Assembly (NCBI GenBank): GCA_964016885.1
Contig: OZ024749.1
Location: forward strand, 36,146,001 to 36,210,000
Direction of reading: 5' to 3'
Source of the DNA: Eledone cirrhosa
Taxonomy: Eukaryota
DNA length: 64,000 nt
Shown here: positions 1 through 13,599 of the stretch, in pieces
How positions within the stretch are numbered: position 1 is the stretch's first letter
Layout: each line of letters begins with the position of its first letter
Position numbers and translations under genes: made by a program
The notes under the pieces: generated by a model
The model's database searches: none
What the model was told of the DNA's origin: nothing
The model's input: the letters and a program-made list of their open reading frames with translations, nothing else

Positions 1-700
1 GGTGCTGGGAGTAGGGGAGGTGCATGTATGTAGGGTGGGGATTCAAAAGATTGGTCTAGGGTGGTGCTCTTACCTGGTGAAGGATCGAGTGTCCGGATAT
101 GGGTGAAAGGTGAAGTGTGAGGGCATGGGAGATGTCTGGAAGGGGGAGAGAGAGAGAAGTGGTGAATACTAGAGACCACTTGATGTATGCTTCAATCTGC
201 TCACATGGTAAGGCGGGTCTTCTGTATTACAGTAGAATGCCATGTATATGTATACTACCCTACTATATACTTTGCTATATCTAGGAACGATCGACTTTCG
301 TCAAATCGGACCGAGGGAACAATGTTTCCGTTGGTCTTTCCAATTGCTAATACTATCTATCGTTCGCAACTCCAGGTAGAAGAAGCAACGTGAAATAAAG
401 TGTCTTGCTCAAGGACATAACGCATTGCCTGGTCCAGGAATCGAACTCACAACCTTACGATTTCGAATCCAATTCTCTAACCACTCAGCCACACGCCTTC
501 ACGTGTTTGCTATATAAGTGTACTATATATTGTACATCTCCTTCCTCACCCATGTATTTCTGAGAGGGTCGTGAGGGCAGTCTTGAAACACTCCCTCCAG
601 CAGGTCCTCTCAAAAGTAACTGTCTCCAATTGATCTGGCTGGATCTCCAAGCGAGACTAGCTGAGCTCATGTATGTTATTTAGGCCGTACTACATAATAT

Positions 701-874
701 AATTGTTTCTACATTTGGCACAAGGCCATCAATTACCCAGTACATTACTGGTACTTTATTTTATCGACCCCGTAAGGATGAAAGGCAAAGTCAACCTCGG
801 CGGGATTTGAACTCAGACCGTAAAGGGATGTAACTATGCTGGAAAGCATGGCGTCCAACCCTCTACCGATACTG
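701..874 (-). mobile_element. tRNA-derived SINE family A copy
   Basis: Reverse complement of the ~185-bp repeat GGCGGTGGATTGGCAGTATCGG...GAGTTCAAATCCC (B-box)...CCTTTCATCCTTACGGGGTCGATAAAATAAAGTACCAG...GTAGAAAC found more than 10 times in the window. Confidence 0.85.
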
Positions 875-902
875 AATAATATAACTATTAATGTCTCTAT
901 TG

Positions 903-1630
903 CACACACACACACACACACAGACTCACACACAGACTCACACACACAGACTCACACACACAGACTCACACACACACTCACACACACAGACTCACACACA
1001 CAGACTCACACACACAGACTCACACACACAGACTCACACACACAGACTCACACACACAGACTCACACACACAGACTCACACACACAGACTCACACACACA
1101 GACTCACACACACAGACTCACACACACAGACTCACACACACAGACTCACACACACAGATACAGACACACAGATACAGACACACAGATACAGACACACAGA
1201 TACAGACACACAGATACAGACACACAGATACAGACACACAGATACAGACACACAGATACAGACACACAGATACAGACACACAGATACAGACACACAGATA
1301 CAGACACACAGATACAGACACACAGATACAGACACACAGATACAGACACACAGATACAGACACACAGATACAGACACACAGATACACACACACAGATACA
1401 GACACACACACAGACACACACACACATACACACACACAGGTGCTCGCACATGCACACACACACACACACACATACACACACAGGTGCTCGCACATGCACA
1501 CACACACACTCACACACACACACACGCACAGATACACACACATACACACACACAGGTGCTCGCACATGCATACACACACACACATACACACACAGGTGCT
1601 CGCACATGCACACACACACACACACACACC
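903..1630. repeat. CA-based compound microsatellite/minisatellite
   Basis: Blocks of CACACACAGACT, CACACAGATACAGA and CAGGTGCTCGCACATG units. Confidence 0.95.
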
Positions 1631-4058
1631 TACCTCAAGAAATTTGGTGATCATAAGTTTAGATGTGAAAAACATTGTTAGTCATGCCTGGATATTAAAA
1701 AAATTATGATAGTTATCAACATTCCTTAAATATATATGCAGTTGATTGTATATATTTGAAGTATGTAGATTCAATCTTCTTGATGACTTTACACATACAT
1801 GCAATCAGATATAATTTGTCTGTTTTATACATTTATAATCAACCTCCTTCCCTATCTTCTTTCATTGGTTACAAGCCACCTTCATTTTGTCAATATCTCT
1901 GTCAAAATAACAACTCTGTCTGTTTGTCCAATGTTTTGTATTCACTTGCCATGCTAGTATGGATTTTACTGGATGCCATGGACAGTTAGCTATATCTTGC
2001 TCATATGTTTCATATAAAGACATGGTTTCTATTGCTGGATGTCTTTCCTAATGCCAACGAATTCTCAGTGTGTTCATTGCATTTTATCAGGGCACTAGCA
2101 CTACATAGGTTGTCATTTGCTTGACCAGACTGAAGAGTCCTTTCTAGCCAAATTGGCTCTGTTCAAATGTCAACCACTTTACAGAATTTACTGGGTTTGT
2201 ATTATTATATTATAGTATCAGCAGTAGAGGTTGTCAGCTCCTTGAAAAACCCAAAGATTCTCCCTAACTTGTGTTGGCTGTGGGCAAAAGAAGTTGATAG
2301 CTCAAAAACTGACTCCTTTGGAGGAATGCATTTGTCATGTACTGCCTGAGTTCCTGATTAAGTCAGTTGAGGATATACTCAGATTATTACAAACACTGGT
2401 AAACAACACTCGTGCCCATGTAGAATGTTACACTTCAACCATTATATTGTTCAAAATAAAACATATTTTATGGAAATTGACCAATAATTAATAAATTAAC
2501 AATTTTGAATAGGGAGTTTCTTTCCACCCCTTGATATATAAATATATATAGGGGGAAAGATGGATGGAGCCTTGGGCTTAAACTGGTGCATGTTTTTCAT
2601 CATCATGAGGGCCATGATAGAAAAGCACTGTATTTTTAACCCTTTTCATACCAACTTTTGTAAGAACCTTTTATATTCCTTTTATATTCCAAACTCCCAA
2701 CTTAATAATGAGAAAATTATATTATAAATTCCCTTCAAAATTTTTTCAAAATTATTTGAAAACCACAGGTTGTCTCTTTCTGTAGAAATATAACAAAAGG
2801 ATTAAAGGGAAAGACTGCAAAAGATAATCATAATCGTTAACTGACATCCACCATATATATATTATATATATATATTATATATTATATATATATTATATAT
2901 GTATTTCATTTTCCAATCCATTGCATGTGTATTTTTTATGTCTTTTGGGTGGTACAGCTAACTATGTTCCACAGTTGAACAGGCTGTCAGAAATAGGTTC
3001 CAGATCATCTGAGAATGTTATGAGGTAGACTAGCTTTCTATCCAGGCAATTTATCACATATCTCCTTATTAATTGCAAAGAAGCTACAGCCGAGTACTGA
3101 TTCTTTAAAGTTTCTTTACCCATTCATTACCATATTTCTAATGGCAGACACACACATACACACACTCTCACTCTCTCTCTCTCTTTCTCTTTCTCTCATT
3201 CTCCCCCCCCCTCTCTCTCTCACAGAGAGAGACAGAGAAAGAGATATATAGTAGATACAAATTGGTATTGCAATGATGATAATGCAACATTTATTCTGTT
3301 TTTAAGGTGATTACTGTAACCTTTTACTGGAACTTTTCAGGAGGAATCCAGACTAAAGGACTGAGGGGTAGGTGGCTTTGGGGGTGAGGATTTTTTAATG
3401 AGAGGAGAGAAGTAAATATTTGAGATATTTCAGTCTAGAAGGTCAAGGTGCCATAATTTTAGTCGATATCAACAGAAATAATTAAATAAATTAAAATATA
3501 TTCAAAGCCCAGTAACGAGGTTATCTTTTTTCAGAGAAGAGGCCATCAAAAGGTTAAGTTATCTAACATACTACCATAGCAGACATTGTTTTTGTCCTTT
3601 CCCACTAAATATTTCAAATTTCATAAAGAAACACTTGATAGTGACGGTGATAATGATAGTGATGGTGGTGTTGATGGGTATGATAGTAGTGATGGTGATG
3701 GTGGTGTTGATGATAATGGTGTTGGTGGTGTTGATAGGATGATGAAAGTGATGATGATGATGATGATGGTGGTGGTGCTGGTGGTAGTGACGATTATAGT
3801 GATAACAATGATGGTGGTGAGGGTGACAATGATGGCGATAAAGGTATAATGTTGCTGGTGATAATAATGATGGAGATGATGATGATATAAACTAGGCTGA
3901 CCCTGTGGAAATTCTAGTTTATTTATAAACTACCAAGTGTTAAAGATCAGTATGGTATTGTTTTATTTATAAGTCTCTCTCTCTCTCTCATACACACACC
4001 TGGGTTTTAAAAAAAATATTTCAGTATTACTATCACTAAATCCAACACCACTTCTCTT

Positions 4059-4158
<100 letters not shown>

Positions 4159-4743
4159 CCTTTCCCATAAAGACTTGTTACAGTTTGGGATTAAAACAAA
4201 ACATTTAGCATCATCAATATCACACTTTCTCTGTCTCTTTCACACACACACACACACTTGTTACTTCCATTCCAGTGTGACTAGTGTTTTACTATCACCC
4301 CTCTAACTCTACCCAGGTTAGATATCAATCCACCCCGCTTCCCTTTACCCAGGTGAGAACCCCACCCCCAACAGTGCTGCAGCAGTCAGGATATTTAAAT
4401 CCCCTCATACAACTACCAATACTGTTGTTCAATCAGTCACATGTTGATTCCATTGAAGTTGCTGTGATTTATACACACTCGTATATACATTTACATCATA
4501 TATATATATATATATTGATTTATTGATTTCTACACATTATTGTGTGTATTTGTTCATGTATGTGTGTGTGTGTGTGTGTGTGTGTTTGTTCATGTGTGTG
4601 TTTGTGTGTGTTTGTTTGCTGTTCAAATAACCAATATAGTTTTTAATGCATTGAGCACTCTTTTGTTTACAAACATTGGATATATATATATATATATATG
4701 TGTGTGTGTATATATTTGTGTTTATATATATATATATAAATTC

Positions 4744-4774
<31 letters not shown>

Positions 4775-4884
4775 CATACCATAGACACACATTCTAAACC
4801 CCCCACACACTATAATAATCTATTAATAGCCAATTATTGTCAGGTTCTTCCATAACTAATTCACATCCACCAAGTGTGTTGTAT

Positions 4885-5810
4885 ACACACACACACCCCT
4901 ATCATAACATCACACTCACACCCCTATCATAACATCACACTCGCACCCCTATCATAACATCACACACACACCCCTATCATAACATCACACACACACCCCT
5001 ATCATAACATCACACACACACCCCTATCATAACATCACACACACACCCCTATCATAACATCACCCTCACACCCCTATCATAACATCACACTCACACCCCT
5101 ATAATAACATCACACTCACACCCCTATCATAACATCACACTCACACCCCTATCATAACATCACACTCACACCCCTATTATAACATCACACACACACCCTA
5201 TCATAACATCAGACTCACATCCCTATCATAACATCACACTCACATCCCTATCATAACATCACACTCACATCCCTATCATAACATCACACTCACATCCCTA
5301 TCATAACATCACACACACACCCTTATCATATCACACACGCACCCCTATCATATCACACACGCACCCCTATCATATCACACACGCACCCCTATCATATCAC
5401 ACACACACTACCATCGCCACACACACACTACTATCGCCACACATACACTACTATCGCCACACACACTGCCATTACCACACACACACACTACCATTGCCAC
5501 ACGCACACACTACCATCGCCACGCACACACTACCATCGCCACGCACACACTACCATCGCCACGCACACACTACCATCGCCACGCACACACTACCATCGCC
5601 ATGCACACACTACCATCGCCATGCACACACTACCATCGCCATGCACACACTACCATCGCCATGCACACACTACCATCGCCATGCACACACTACCATTGCC
5701 ACGCACACACTACCATCGCCACACACACAACCATCGCCACACACACAACCATCACCACACACACACTACCATCACCACACACACACTACCATCACCACAC
5801 ATACCACCAC
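4885..5810. repeat. Two adjacent minisatellites (~25-bp CACACCCCTATCATAACATCACACT; 20-bp ACGCACACACTACCATCGCC)
   Basis: Direct tandem units visible. Confidence 0.95.
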
Positions 5811-6277
5811 TACTTAAATCATCACCGCCACCACTTCCTTACCACTTCCCTACATGTAATGGATCAACGCTAGGCCTCCTCCTAACTCACGCCATTCTTC
5901 TATTGAAATGGTTCTACTGTGAACCTGTTCCACCAGTTGGCTGTTTGGACACCCCTACCTCACTCTGAATGGACTGATTCCATGTCATATATCTGTGTTG
6001 TTGGTGTTCTGTTCTTTTAAACACCTAAAACTACTCTCCTCTCACACCATCACACAACACCATATGTTACTATTATCAACAACAAAACCACCACCCCACA
6101 CTATGCTACACACTGCCACTCCACTCCATCACACTACATCATTCCACACCACTTCACATGTGACTAATAGGAACACCACCACTACAACTACACCAATACA
6201 ATATATATATATTTATTTAGAAATAAATATATAAATTTCTAAATACACTTCATCAAGTAACCACACAACCCCTTGTT

Positions 6278-6319
<42 letters not shown>

Positions 6320-6392
6320 GAGCGGAGCAAGCAATTATCAAACAATCTTTTAAATAAATTAAAAAACGATTTAAATATTCACCTGTTCTATT

Positions 6393-6472
6393 GCTGTTAC
6401 CAACGGTTTCACTAATCAAAAGATTGGAAATCCAGAGAATTTCCAATGGATAGAATTAGATCTTCAGACAGC
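6393..6472 (-). ncRNA. Type I hammerhead ribozyme motif (intact core, GUA cleavage triplet)
   Basis: Minus strand reads GCUGU CUGAAGA U CUAAU..AUUGGAAAUUC ucu GGAUUUCCAAU..AUUAG U GAAAC C guu G GUA ACAGC. Stem I GCUGU/ACAGC, CUGANGA and GAAA cores, long stem II, short stem III. Confidence 0.8.
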
Positions 6473-7168
6473 TATTTCCATACCATAAGGGTGCAAATCT
6501 CATAGTAAGTCAATATTTCGCTTACTGCCCGATGCATGCGGTCAAGCCGTTAAAGTGACGCACACGCAAAATTAAGCCACAAGTAAAAGCTGGGTATTAT
6601 AAACTTGTTGATCATGCCACTAAAAATAGCAGCGCGATACGTTTTGTTCTCTACATAAGGAGAAAAATCATAAAAGGGTATGGATATTCCAACAGGCACT
6701 AGGTATATATATATAAAAGATGTAAAATAAGAAAATTATAGTAATTAACTCACTTACTTAAATTTCACTCCAACTAATTAGTTTCTGAAAGGGGATATAC
6801 ATAGTCTCCCAATGGAGACCAAGGAGAATCCTTTCTTCATCTTTGTTGTATACATCTGTATAAATATGTTGGTAGATATACTAATTCTTTATAATTATCT
6901 CCAAATTGTTTTGTTGAGCAAAAATTTGTCTAAATTACTACTATGGTTCATAGTATTAAACTTGGCTACTGTCTTTTTAACACCCCACTCCTCACTGATT
7001 AACCTCGATTTCACGTGATTGATTCTTTTGAATTTGCCACTGACCAGGAAGGCAGTGAAGTTTTCAATGGCTTGGGATTTAGTCCTTGCTAGCTTTTTTC
7101 CATCCACTGAATTATTTTTGTATTTGATCCCTGTGTCCCCGAATCGCCAGGAATCTTAGCCGAGAATG

Positions 7169-7249
7169 ACTCCCTGATGAAGAAAGGTTCTCCATGGTCT
7201 CCATTTGGAGACTATGTATATCCCCTTTCAGAAACTAATTATTTGGAGT
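7169..7249 (+). ncRNA. Type I hammerhead ribozyme motif, stem III mutated
   Basis: ACUCC CUGAUGA A GAAAGG..AUGGUCUCC auuu GGAGACUAU..CCUUUC A GAAAC UAAUUA UUU GGAGU. The inverted copy at 6767-6841 has GUU at the cleavage triplet but is truncated inside CUGAUGA. Confidence 0.65.
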
Positions 7250-7431
7250 GAAATTTAAGTAAGTGAGTTAATTACTATAATTTTCTTATTTTACGTCTTT
7301 TATATAATTGTTCTGCATCTCTTTGTATTGAACCACAAAGTTACTAAGACAAAACCTATATCTTTGCTAGCGAAAGTATACATCTGTATAAATGTGTTGG
7401 TAGATATACTAATTCTTTATATATATATATA

Positions 7432-7566
7432 TTACAGCCTTTTACGGTTTGAGTTCAAATTCTGCTGAGGTTAACTTTGCCTTTCATCCTTACGGGGCTC
7501 AATAAAATAAAGTACCAGTAATGCACTGGGATAATTGCTGGTCTTGTTCCAAAAATAGAAACAATT
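7432..7566 (+). mobile_element. SINE family A, 5'-truncated
   Basis: Matches the family from the B-box region to the 3' end. Confidence 0.8.
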
Positions 7567-8249
7567 ATAATACCTAAGGAAACTATGCAATACAATCTAG
7601 TAGAAGGCCAGTAGCAAATCAGAACGTGTGTGTGTGATATGACTGGGGTCTCTATCATTACAATACTCAAGAAATTTCCCATGAGTTGCAACTTTGTAGG
7701 AGGTCAGCTAAACCTACATAGGTGTGAGCTGTAAATTTCATTTTCCTATCATTTCTGATGGTCTTTAACTGTTCTTTCGAAGATTACCCCTGACATCCAG
7801 GCTGTTCAACAGATATTTGCGATGGTCTGTGTACCTCAGGTAACAACAGTATATATGCCTTCAGTCACAATCGTGTGTGCACCCTAATAAATGTTATATG
7901 TACCTTTTTATTTCAATTTTCTTCAAAATCCAAACATGAACATTCTTGTAGAAAACATGTGACAGAGAGGTTATTCTTCTTGAAATGAAGTTTCTAATTT
8001 ACAATAGCTTGTGCCTTTGTGTTTCTGGTTGGGAGCAAGGGTATATATATATAGATATATATAAACAGGTGCATTTGTAGAACTACATCTCTTGCTGTTT
8101 GGATGATGATGCTTATACCATGTGTGTTATTTTATGCACAGGTATCTTGCGGAACCAGAGGCCTGTGTCCCGGGGTAATGTATATGTATATTATATATTT
8201 TTATATATGTATGACTTGATTGGAGTCTCGTTTTTCTTTGTTTACAGTT

Positions 8250-8810
8250 CATCACTATCATCATCATTATCGTCGTCATCATTGTCATCATTTTTATGTC
8301 TGCTTCTCCATGCATGCATGGGTCAGACAAGTCCTCTCCAGTACAGCATTTCTCCACTTGTCTTGTTTCTTTGTCATCTCCTTTGTGAGGTTCAGCATCT
8401 TGAGATCAGCTTTCACCACTTTCCACCCCAAGTCTTCCTTGGTCTTCCTCTTCCATGTTGTCCTTCCACTTGGAACTCTGGCACATCTTCCACCAAACAA
8501 TCATCATCCATATGCATTATATGTCTGTTGTACCAATGCAATCTTCTCTCGTGCACACTACATTTGATTCTACTTATTTGCAGTTTTTCTATCAACTTGT
8601 CTGTGCTTTGTCGTTCATGTACTCTAACATTACACATCCAGTGGAGCATGCTTAATTCATTTCTTTCCAGCCTTCACATATCGTCTGCATTCAATGCTCA
8701 TGTCTCACTACCATGCAACATTGCACTATGTACACAGGCGTCATACCATCTGCCCTTCATTCAGTGAGAGAATCGCTTTTTTGTCAACATAGGTAATAGC
8801 TCTCTGAGTT
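8250..8810 (-). mobile_element. RTE-clade LINE 3' fragment (degenerate)
   Basis: Frameshifted ORFs MLHWMCNV...RRLHWY..HIMHMDDD...GRGRPRKTW and VVKADLKML...DKWRNAV, typical of the RTE ORF C-terminus; GAT-like tail. Confidence 0.8.
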
Positions 8811-8986
8811 GGATATCCTATACATGTGTATATATGTATATATATACATATGTATGTATGTGTATATATGTATATATATATATATATCATGTTTATGTAT
8901 ATATATATATATATACATATGTATGTATGTGTATATATGTATATATATATATATCATGTTTATGTATATATATATACGTATGTATG

Positions 8987-9019
<33 letters not shown>

Positions 9020-9177
9020 CATGTTTATATATATATATGTATAAGAAATTAAGGAAGAACCAGAATTTAAATTAAATCATTTAATTGATGATTGCTTTAA
9101 TATAACAGGAATATTCATTCCTGTAATAATAGTTTCATCAGAATCTATTAAATATAAGTATTATTTATCATTTCATA

Positions 9178-9363
9178 GGGCGGTGGATTGGCAGTATCGG
9201 TAGAGGGTCGGACGCCATGCTTTCCAGCATAGTTACGTCCCTTTATGATCTGAGTTCAAATCCCGCCGAGGTTGACTTTGCCTTTCATCCTTACGGGGTC
9301 GATAAAATAAAGTACCAGTAATGCACTGGGATAATTGCTGGCGTTGTGCCTAAAGTAGAAACA
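9178..9363 (+). mobile_element. SINE family A, full length with 18-bp TSD
   Basis: ATTATTTATCATTTCATA at 9160-9177 and 9364-9381. Confidence 0.9.
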
Positions 9364-9640
9364 ATTATTTATCATTTCATATCCATAAAACAATCACAGA
9401 GATTCTATATACTCTAGTTGTATACCTATAACTCTAATTTGGTGAGTAGTATATGTGTATCAGTGTGCAATAGATAGTATATCTTTAATTACTGCATGTT
9501 ATATTTGTATCACTAATAAATTTGAATTGCGTATTTAGGCTTCCTTAAAATGTTAATGTTTTTCCAACAGTATTCGAATTGTTTACATTTTCAGGCTTCT
9601 GTGATTGTCTTGTGGACACGTGTTGTTAAATATTACTTAT

Positions 9641-9701
9641 ATTCAATAGATTCTGATGAAATTATTGTTATTTTAATGAAATGATTATCAATCAATTGAA
9701 T
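9641..9701 (+). ncRNA. Type I hammerhead ribozyme motif (AUC triplet)
   Basis: AUUCAAU-A-GAUU CUGAUGA A AUUA..UAAU GAAA U gauu AUC AAUC-A-AUUGAAU. Stem I is 11 bp with a 1x1 mismatch. Very AT-rich, so partly chance-prone. Confidence 0.6.
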
Positions 9702-9735
9702 GATTTAATATAAATCCTTATTAATCTTCATTTTA

Positions 9736-9796
<61 letters not shown>

Positions 9797-10446
9797 ATAT
9801 ATATATATATATAGATATATGGTCGGTGAGATTGTAAAACTATGTTGATTTGAAATTTACCAATTGGATTAAACTATGAACTGTCTCTTACCTATTTAGC
9901 TGTGGATTATAAAATTGAGCTTTAAAATGTTCTTTGCTTTTATATGGTTGCATTATCAACTCATCTAAACTGTTTTTATATATGTATATATGTGTGTATG
10001 TATGTGTGTAACTTTGTTTCTGTGATTCTGTTTAACATTATAGATGCATGGTGTGTGTATGTATGTATGTATGTGTGTGTGTGTGTGTATAGCGTATGCA
10101 TGCATGTATGCATTCACACACACATAAATAGTTGGGTGTTTTTAAATACCAATGTACATAGAACATTCAGACATTAACTGAATGAGCACTCAATACATGT
10201 GAGCAGAGTGTAAGATATATTTTCTGAAGTAAAGGTGGTAGTGATTTCAAAATTGTTTCTTCAGACAGAGGCAGCCTTCAAAGTCACTGCCACTTTTTTC
10301 TTTTGAAAATCTGTATAAAGGTATGTGGCTTAGTGGTTAGTGTTGGACTCACACACATGAAGTGATGGGTTTGGTTCTTGGATTAGGTTGTGTTTTGTAC
10401 TATTGAGCAAGACGCTTCGTTTCACATTGCTTTTCATTATAGTACT

Positions 10447-10630
10447 GGCGGTGGATTGGCAGTATCGGTAGAGGGTCGGATGCCATGCTTTGACGCATAG
10501 TTACGGCCCTTGCCATTCTGAGTTCAAATCCCGCCGGGGTTAACTTTGCCTTTCATCCTTACGGGGTTGATAAAATAAAGTACCAGTAATACACTGGGTA
10601 ATTGCTGGCCTTGTGCCAAAAGTAGAAACA
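10447..10630 (+). mobile_element. SINE family A nested in a family B SINE-like element
   Basis: Full family A sequence flanked by TATAGTAC; the host element continues on both sides (compare 42866-43290). Confidence 0.85.
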
Positions 10631-10923
10631 AATATAGTACCGAAGCCCTAAAGTTAAAACACCCGTGAAACCTCCTGTTAGACGCAGCCTTGTATCAGGC
10701 AAGCTAAATCTACATGTGTGTGAATTGTAACAGAATGATAGGACTGAGGCCCTTACATTAAAACATTGGAGAAACCTCCTATGAGATGTATGATGCTGGC
10801 TAAACCTACATAGGTATGAGCTGTAAGAACAACATGATACAAATGGTGTCCCCTATAGTTAAAATGCAAAAAAATCTTCTTTATACCTGCTTCTGTGTAA
10901 ATTTCATTTCTTCATACACACAC

Positions 10924-11104
10924 ACGTCGGGAAATCCCATTATAATGAGATCGACCGAAACAAATTGAGCGTTTCTTTATTACCTTGGGATTGAAAAAAA
11001 TTTTGTTGTGCTCATAATTTTTATATATTTGTTGCTGTGCTCATAATTGTTTTGGCATTGATACGTTATAAGGAAAAATTCATTATAATGGAATTTTACC
11101 TGTA
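10924..11104. mobile_element. Small Tc1/mariner-type MITE (degenerate)
   Basis: Inverted ends AAATCCCATTATAATGA/TCATTATAATGGAATTTTACCTG-TA. Confidence 0.45.
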
Positions 11105-11599
11105 TATAATATATAATATATATATATATAATTATATATATATATATAAATGATAATATAAAACAAATTTGCACTTAGAAAAAAATAAAACCAATTGGAT
11201 TGCATAATATTGAGCCTAGCTTGCACAATAACTTGAATAAACTTCTGGAAAGTTGCATGAGACAACACAACATAGATATGGGAAAACAATTAGGAAAGCA
11301 AAGAGTACACAGAAGCAAAGAATAATAAAAAGTTATGACAATGAAATTATTGTGTACAGTGCTCAGGTGCACTACAACTCATCAAAGGTGCATGTATAGT
11401 ACATAGAATAATGTACAAATGTCAGGAAAATTAATAATGTACGAGTCATGAAATACATGTGTGTGTGGAGGGATATCAAGTATAATGTTATGTATGTGTG
11501 TGTGTGTGTGTTATGCCTGTTTATAAAAATTTGCAGTATACTGTTGCTACTGCTTATTAAAAGTATGATCCCCAGCATTATTATATATTATAACTCCAG

Positions 11600-12510
11600 C
11601 ATTGCCACTAACCTTAACTCCACCATTACAACTAACCTCCACTCCAACACCATCATTAACCTCCATTCCACCAACACCAACTTCCATTCCATCACCACCA
11701 CCACCACCACCATTAACCTCCATTCCACATCCACCATCACTGTTAAACTCCACCAGTAACCTCCACCATCACTGTTAACCTCCACCAGTAACCTCCAGTT
11801 CTATTAACCTCCACCAGTAACCTCCACTACTATTAACCTCCACCATCACTGTTAAACTCCACCAGTAACCTCCACCATCACTGTTAAACTCCACCAGTAA
11901 CCTCCAGTTCTATTAACCTCCACCAGTAACCTCTACTACTATTAACCTCCACCATCACTGTTAAACTCCACCAGTAACCTCCACCATCACTGTTAAACTC
12001 CACCAGTAACCTCCAGTACTATTAAACTCCACCAGTAACCTCCACTACTATTAACCCCCACCATCACTGTTAAACTCCACCAGTAACCTCTAGTACTATT
12101 AAACTATTAAACTCCACCAGTAACCTCCACTACTGTTAAACTCCACCATTAACCTCCACCATCACTGTTAAACTCCATTATTCTGTTAACCTCCACCACC
12201 GCCACCACCACTAACCTCCACTTCCCACCACCACTAACCTCCACTTCCCACCACCACCAACCTCCACTTCCCACCACCACCAACACTACCTTCACCACCA
12301 TTAACCTCCACCATCACTATTAACCTCCACCACTAACCTCTACTAACCTCCACCATCACCACTTCTAACCACCTCCACCTGTAACCTCCATTCCACCATT
12401 ACCACCCTCCACACTATCATTACTACCCCCCCCCCCCAACCTCCACTCCACCCCCACCAACCTCCACTCCACCCCCCACCATTTCACCTCCACTCCACCC
12501 ACCTCACAAT
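11600..12510. repeat. Degenerate CTCCACC-rich minisatellite
   Basis: Repeated AACCTCCACCATCACTGTTAAACTCCACCAGT. Confidence 0.9.
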
Positions 12511-13114
12511 TCACATGTCACCAATCTCTCTCTGCCACTTATATTTTCTGTTGTGTTATTCTAAATATAAGCCAATTATATATTTTTCAAACTTTATTAT
12601 TTTTATTTTATTTTATTTTATTTCTATCTCTCTTACCCTCTCTCTATCTCCCACCCTCTCTTTCTCCTCTCTCTCCCACTCTCTCTCATCTCTTTCACTC
12701 TCTCTCCCTCTCTCCCACTCCCCCCTCTCTTTCACTCTCTCCCCTCTCTCTTTCACCCCCTCTCTCTTTCACCCCCCCTCTTTCACTCTCCCCCCTCTCT
12801 TTCACACTCTCCCCTTCTCTCTCTCACTCTCCCCTTCTCTCTCTCACACTCTCCCCTTCTCTCTCTCACACTCTCCCCTTCTCTCTCTCACCCCCTCTCA
12901 CCCTCTCTTCTGCACTCTCTCTTACCCTCTTTCCTCACATCTATTCAGTTTCAATTCCAAATTTTTCATGATTTCTTCAGATAAAACCAACAATTATTTT
13001 AGCAGACATTTATTTTATATATTGTTGTTGTTTGTGTATTTTAGTTTTTAAAAAAAAATATATCAAATCTAATATATTTGTTAATGTTAGACATTTCTTT
13101 GGTAAACAACTGTC

Positions 13115-13151
<37 letters not shown>

Positions 13152-13252
13152 CTGTATACAATCACATGTGTGTGTATGTGTATATATATATATATATACA
13201 CATCCACACATATATTTCATGTGGATATATATATATGTGTATATATTATATA

Positions 13253-13288
<36 letters not shown>

Positions 13289-13599
13289 TATACACACACA
13301 CATATATATAATATATGTGTATATATTATATATATATATTATACACACACACATATATATAATATATGTGTATATATTATATATATATATTATACACGCA
13401 CACATATATATAATATATGTGTATATATTATATATGTATATATATTATACACACACACATATATATATATAATATATGTGTATATATTATATATATTTAT
13501 ATGTATACACACATTCACACAAACACACACACTCAAAGACCAAAGTTATTCTTACAGTGTTGACAATTATATTTCCCTGAAATCTCACCATTACACAAA

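Larger units (their letters stand above)
6317..7420. mobile_element. Penelope-like pseudo-LTR remnant with inverted and direct repeats
   Basis: ~131-bp inverted repeat 6710-6841/7176-7306, ~45-bp direct repeat 6848-6893/7376-7420, hammerhead motifs, flanked by (TA)n. Confidence 0.55.
9050..9730. mobile_element. Degenerate fold-back element with hammerhead motif in arms (Penelope-like), interrupted by a SINE
   Basis: Left arm ~9050-9177 plus 9382-9401 is the reverse complement of ~9597-9730. Confidence 0.5.

Noticed and set aside
836-1709. His/Thr-rich and Cys/Val-rich ORFs, and similar YI/CV-rich ORFs throughout
   Set aside because: Translations of CA/TA/TG microsatellites.
8120-8146. ATG..MCVILCT G|gtatct as an alternative first exon in phase with the L27 exon
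   Set aside because: Weak donor, no similarity to the expected MPVxKQ start, and no transcript evidence.
9178-9270. tRNA genes at GAGTTCAAATCCC B-box sites
   Set aside because: These are SINE heads with TSDs and shared bodies and do not form full cloverleaves.
11513-11540. ATGCCTGTT (MPV) as the dlg1 start exon
   Set aside because: Continues YKNLQY with no GT donor at the expected position.
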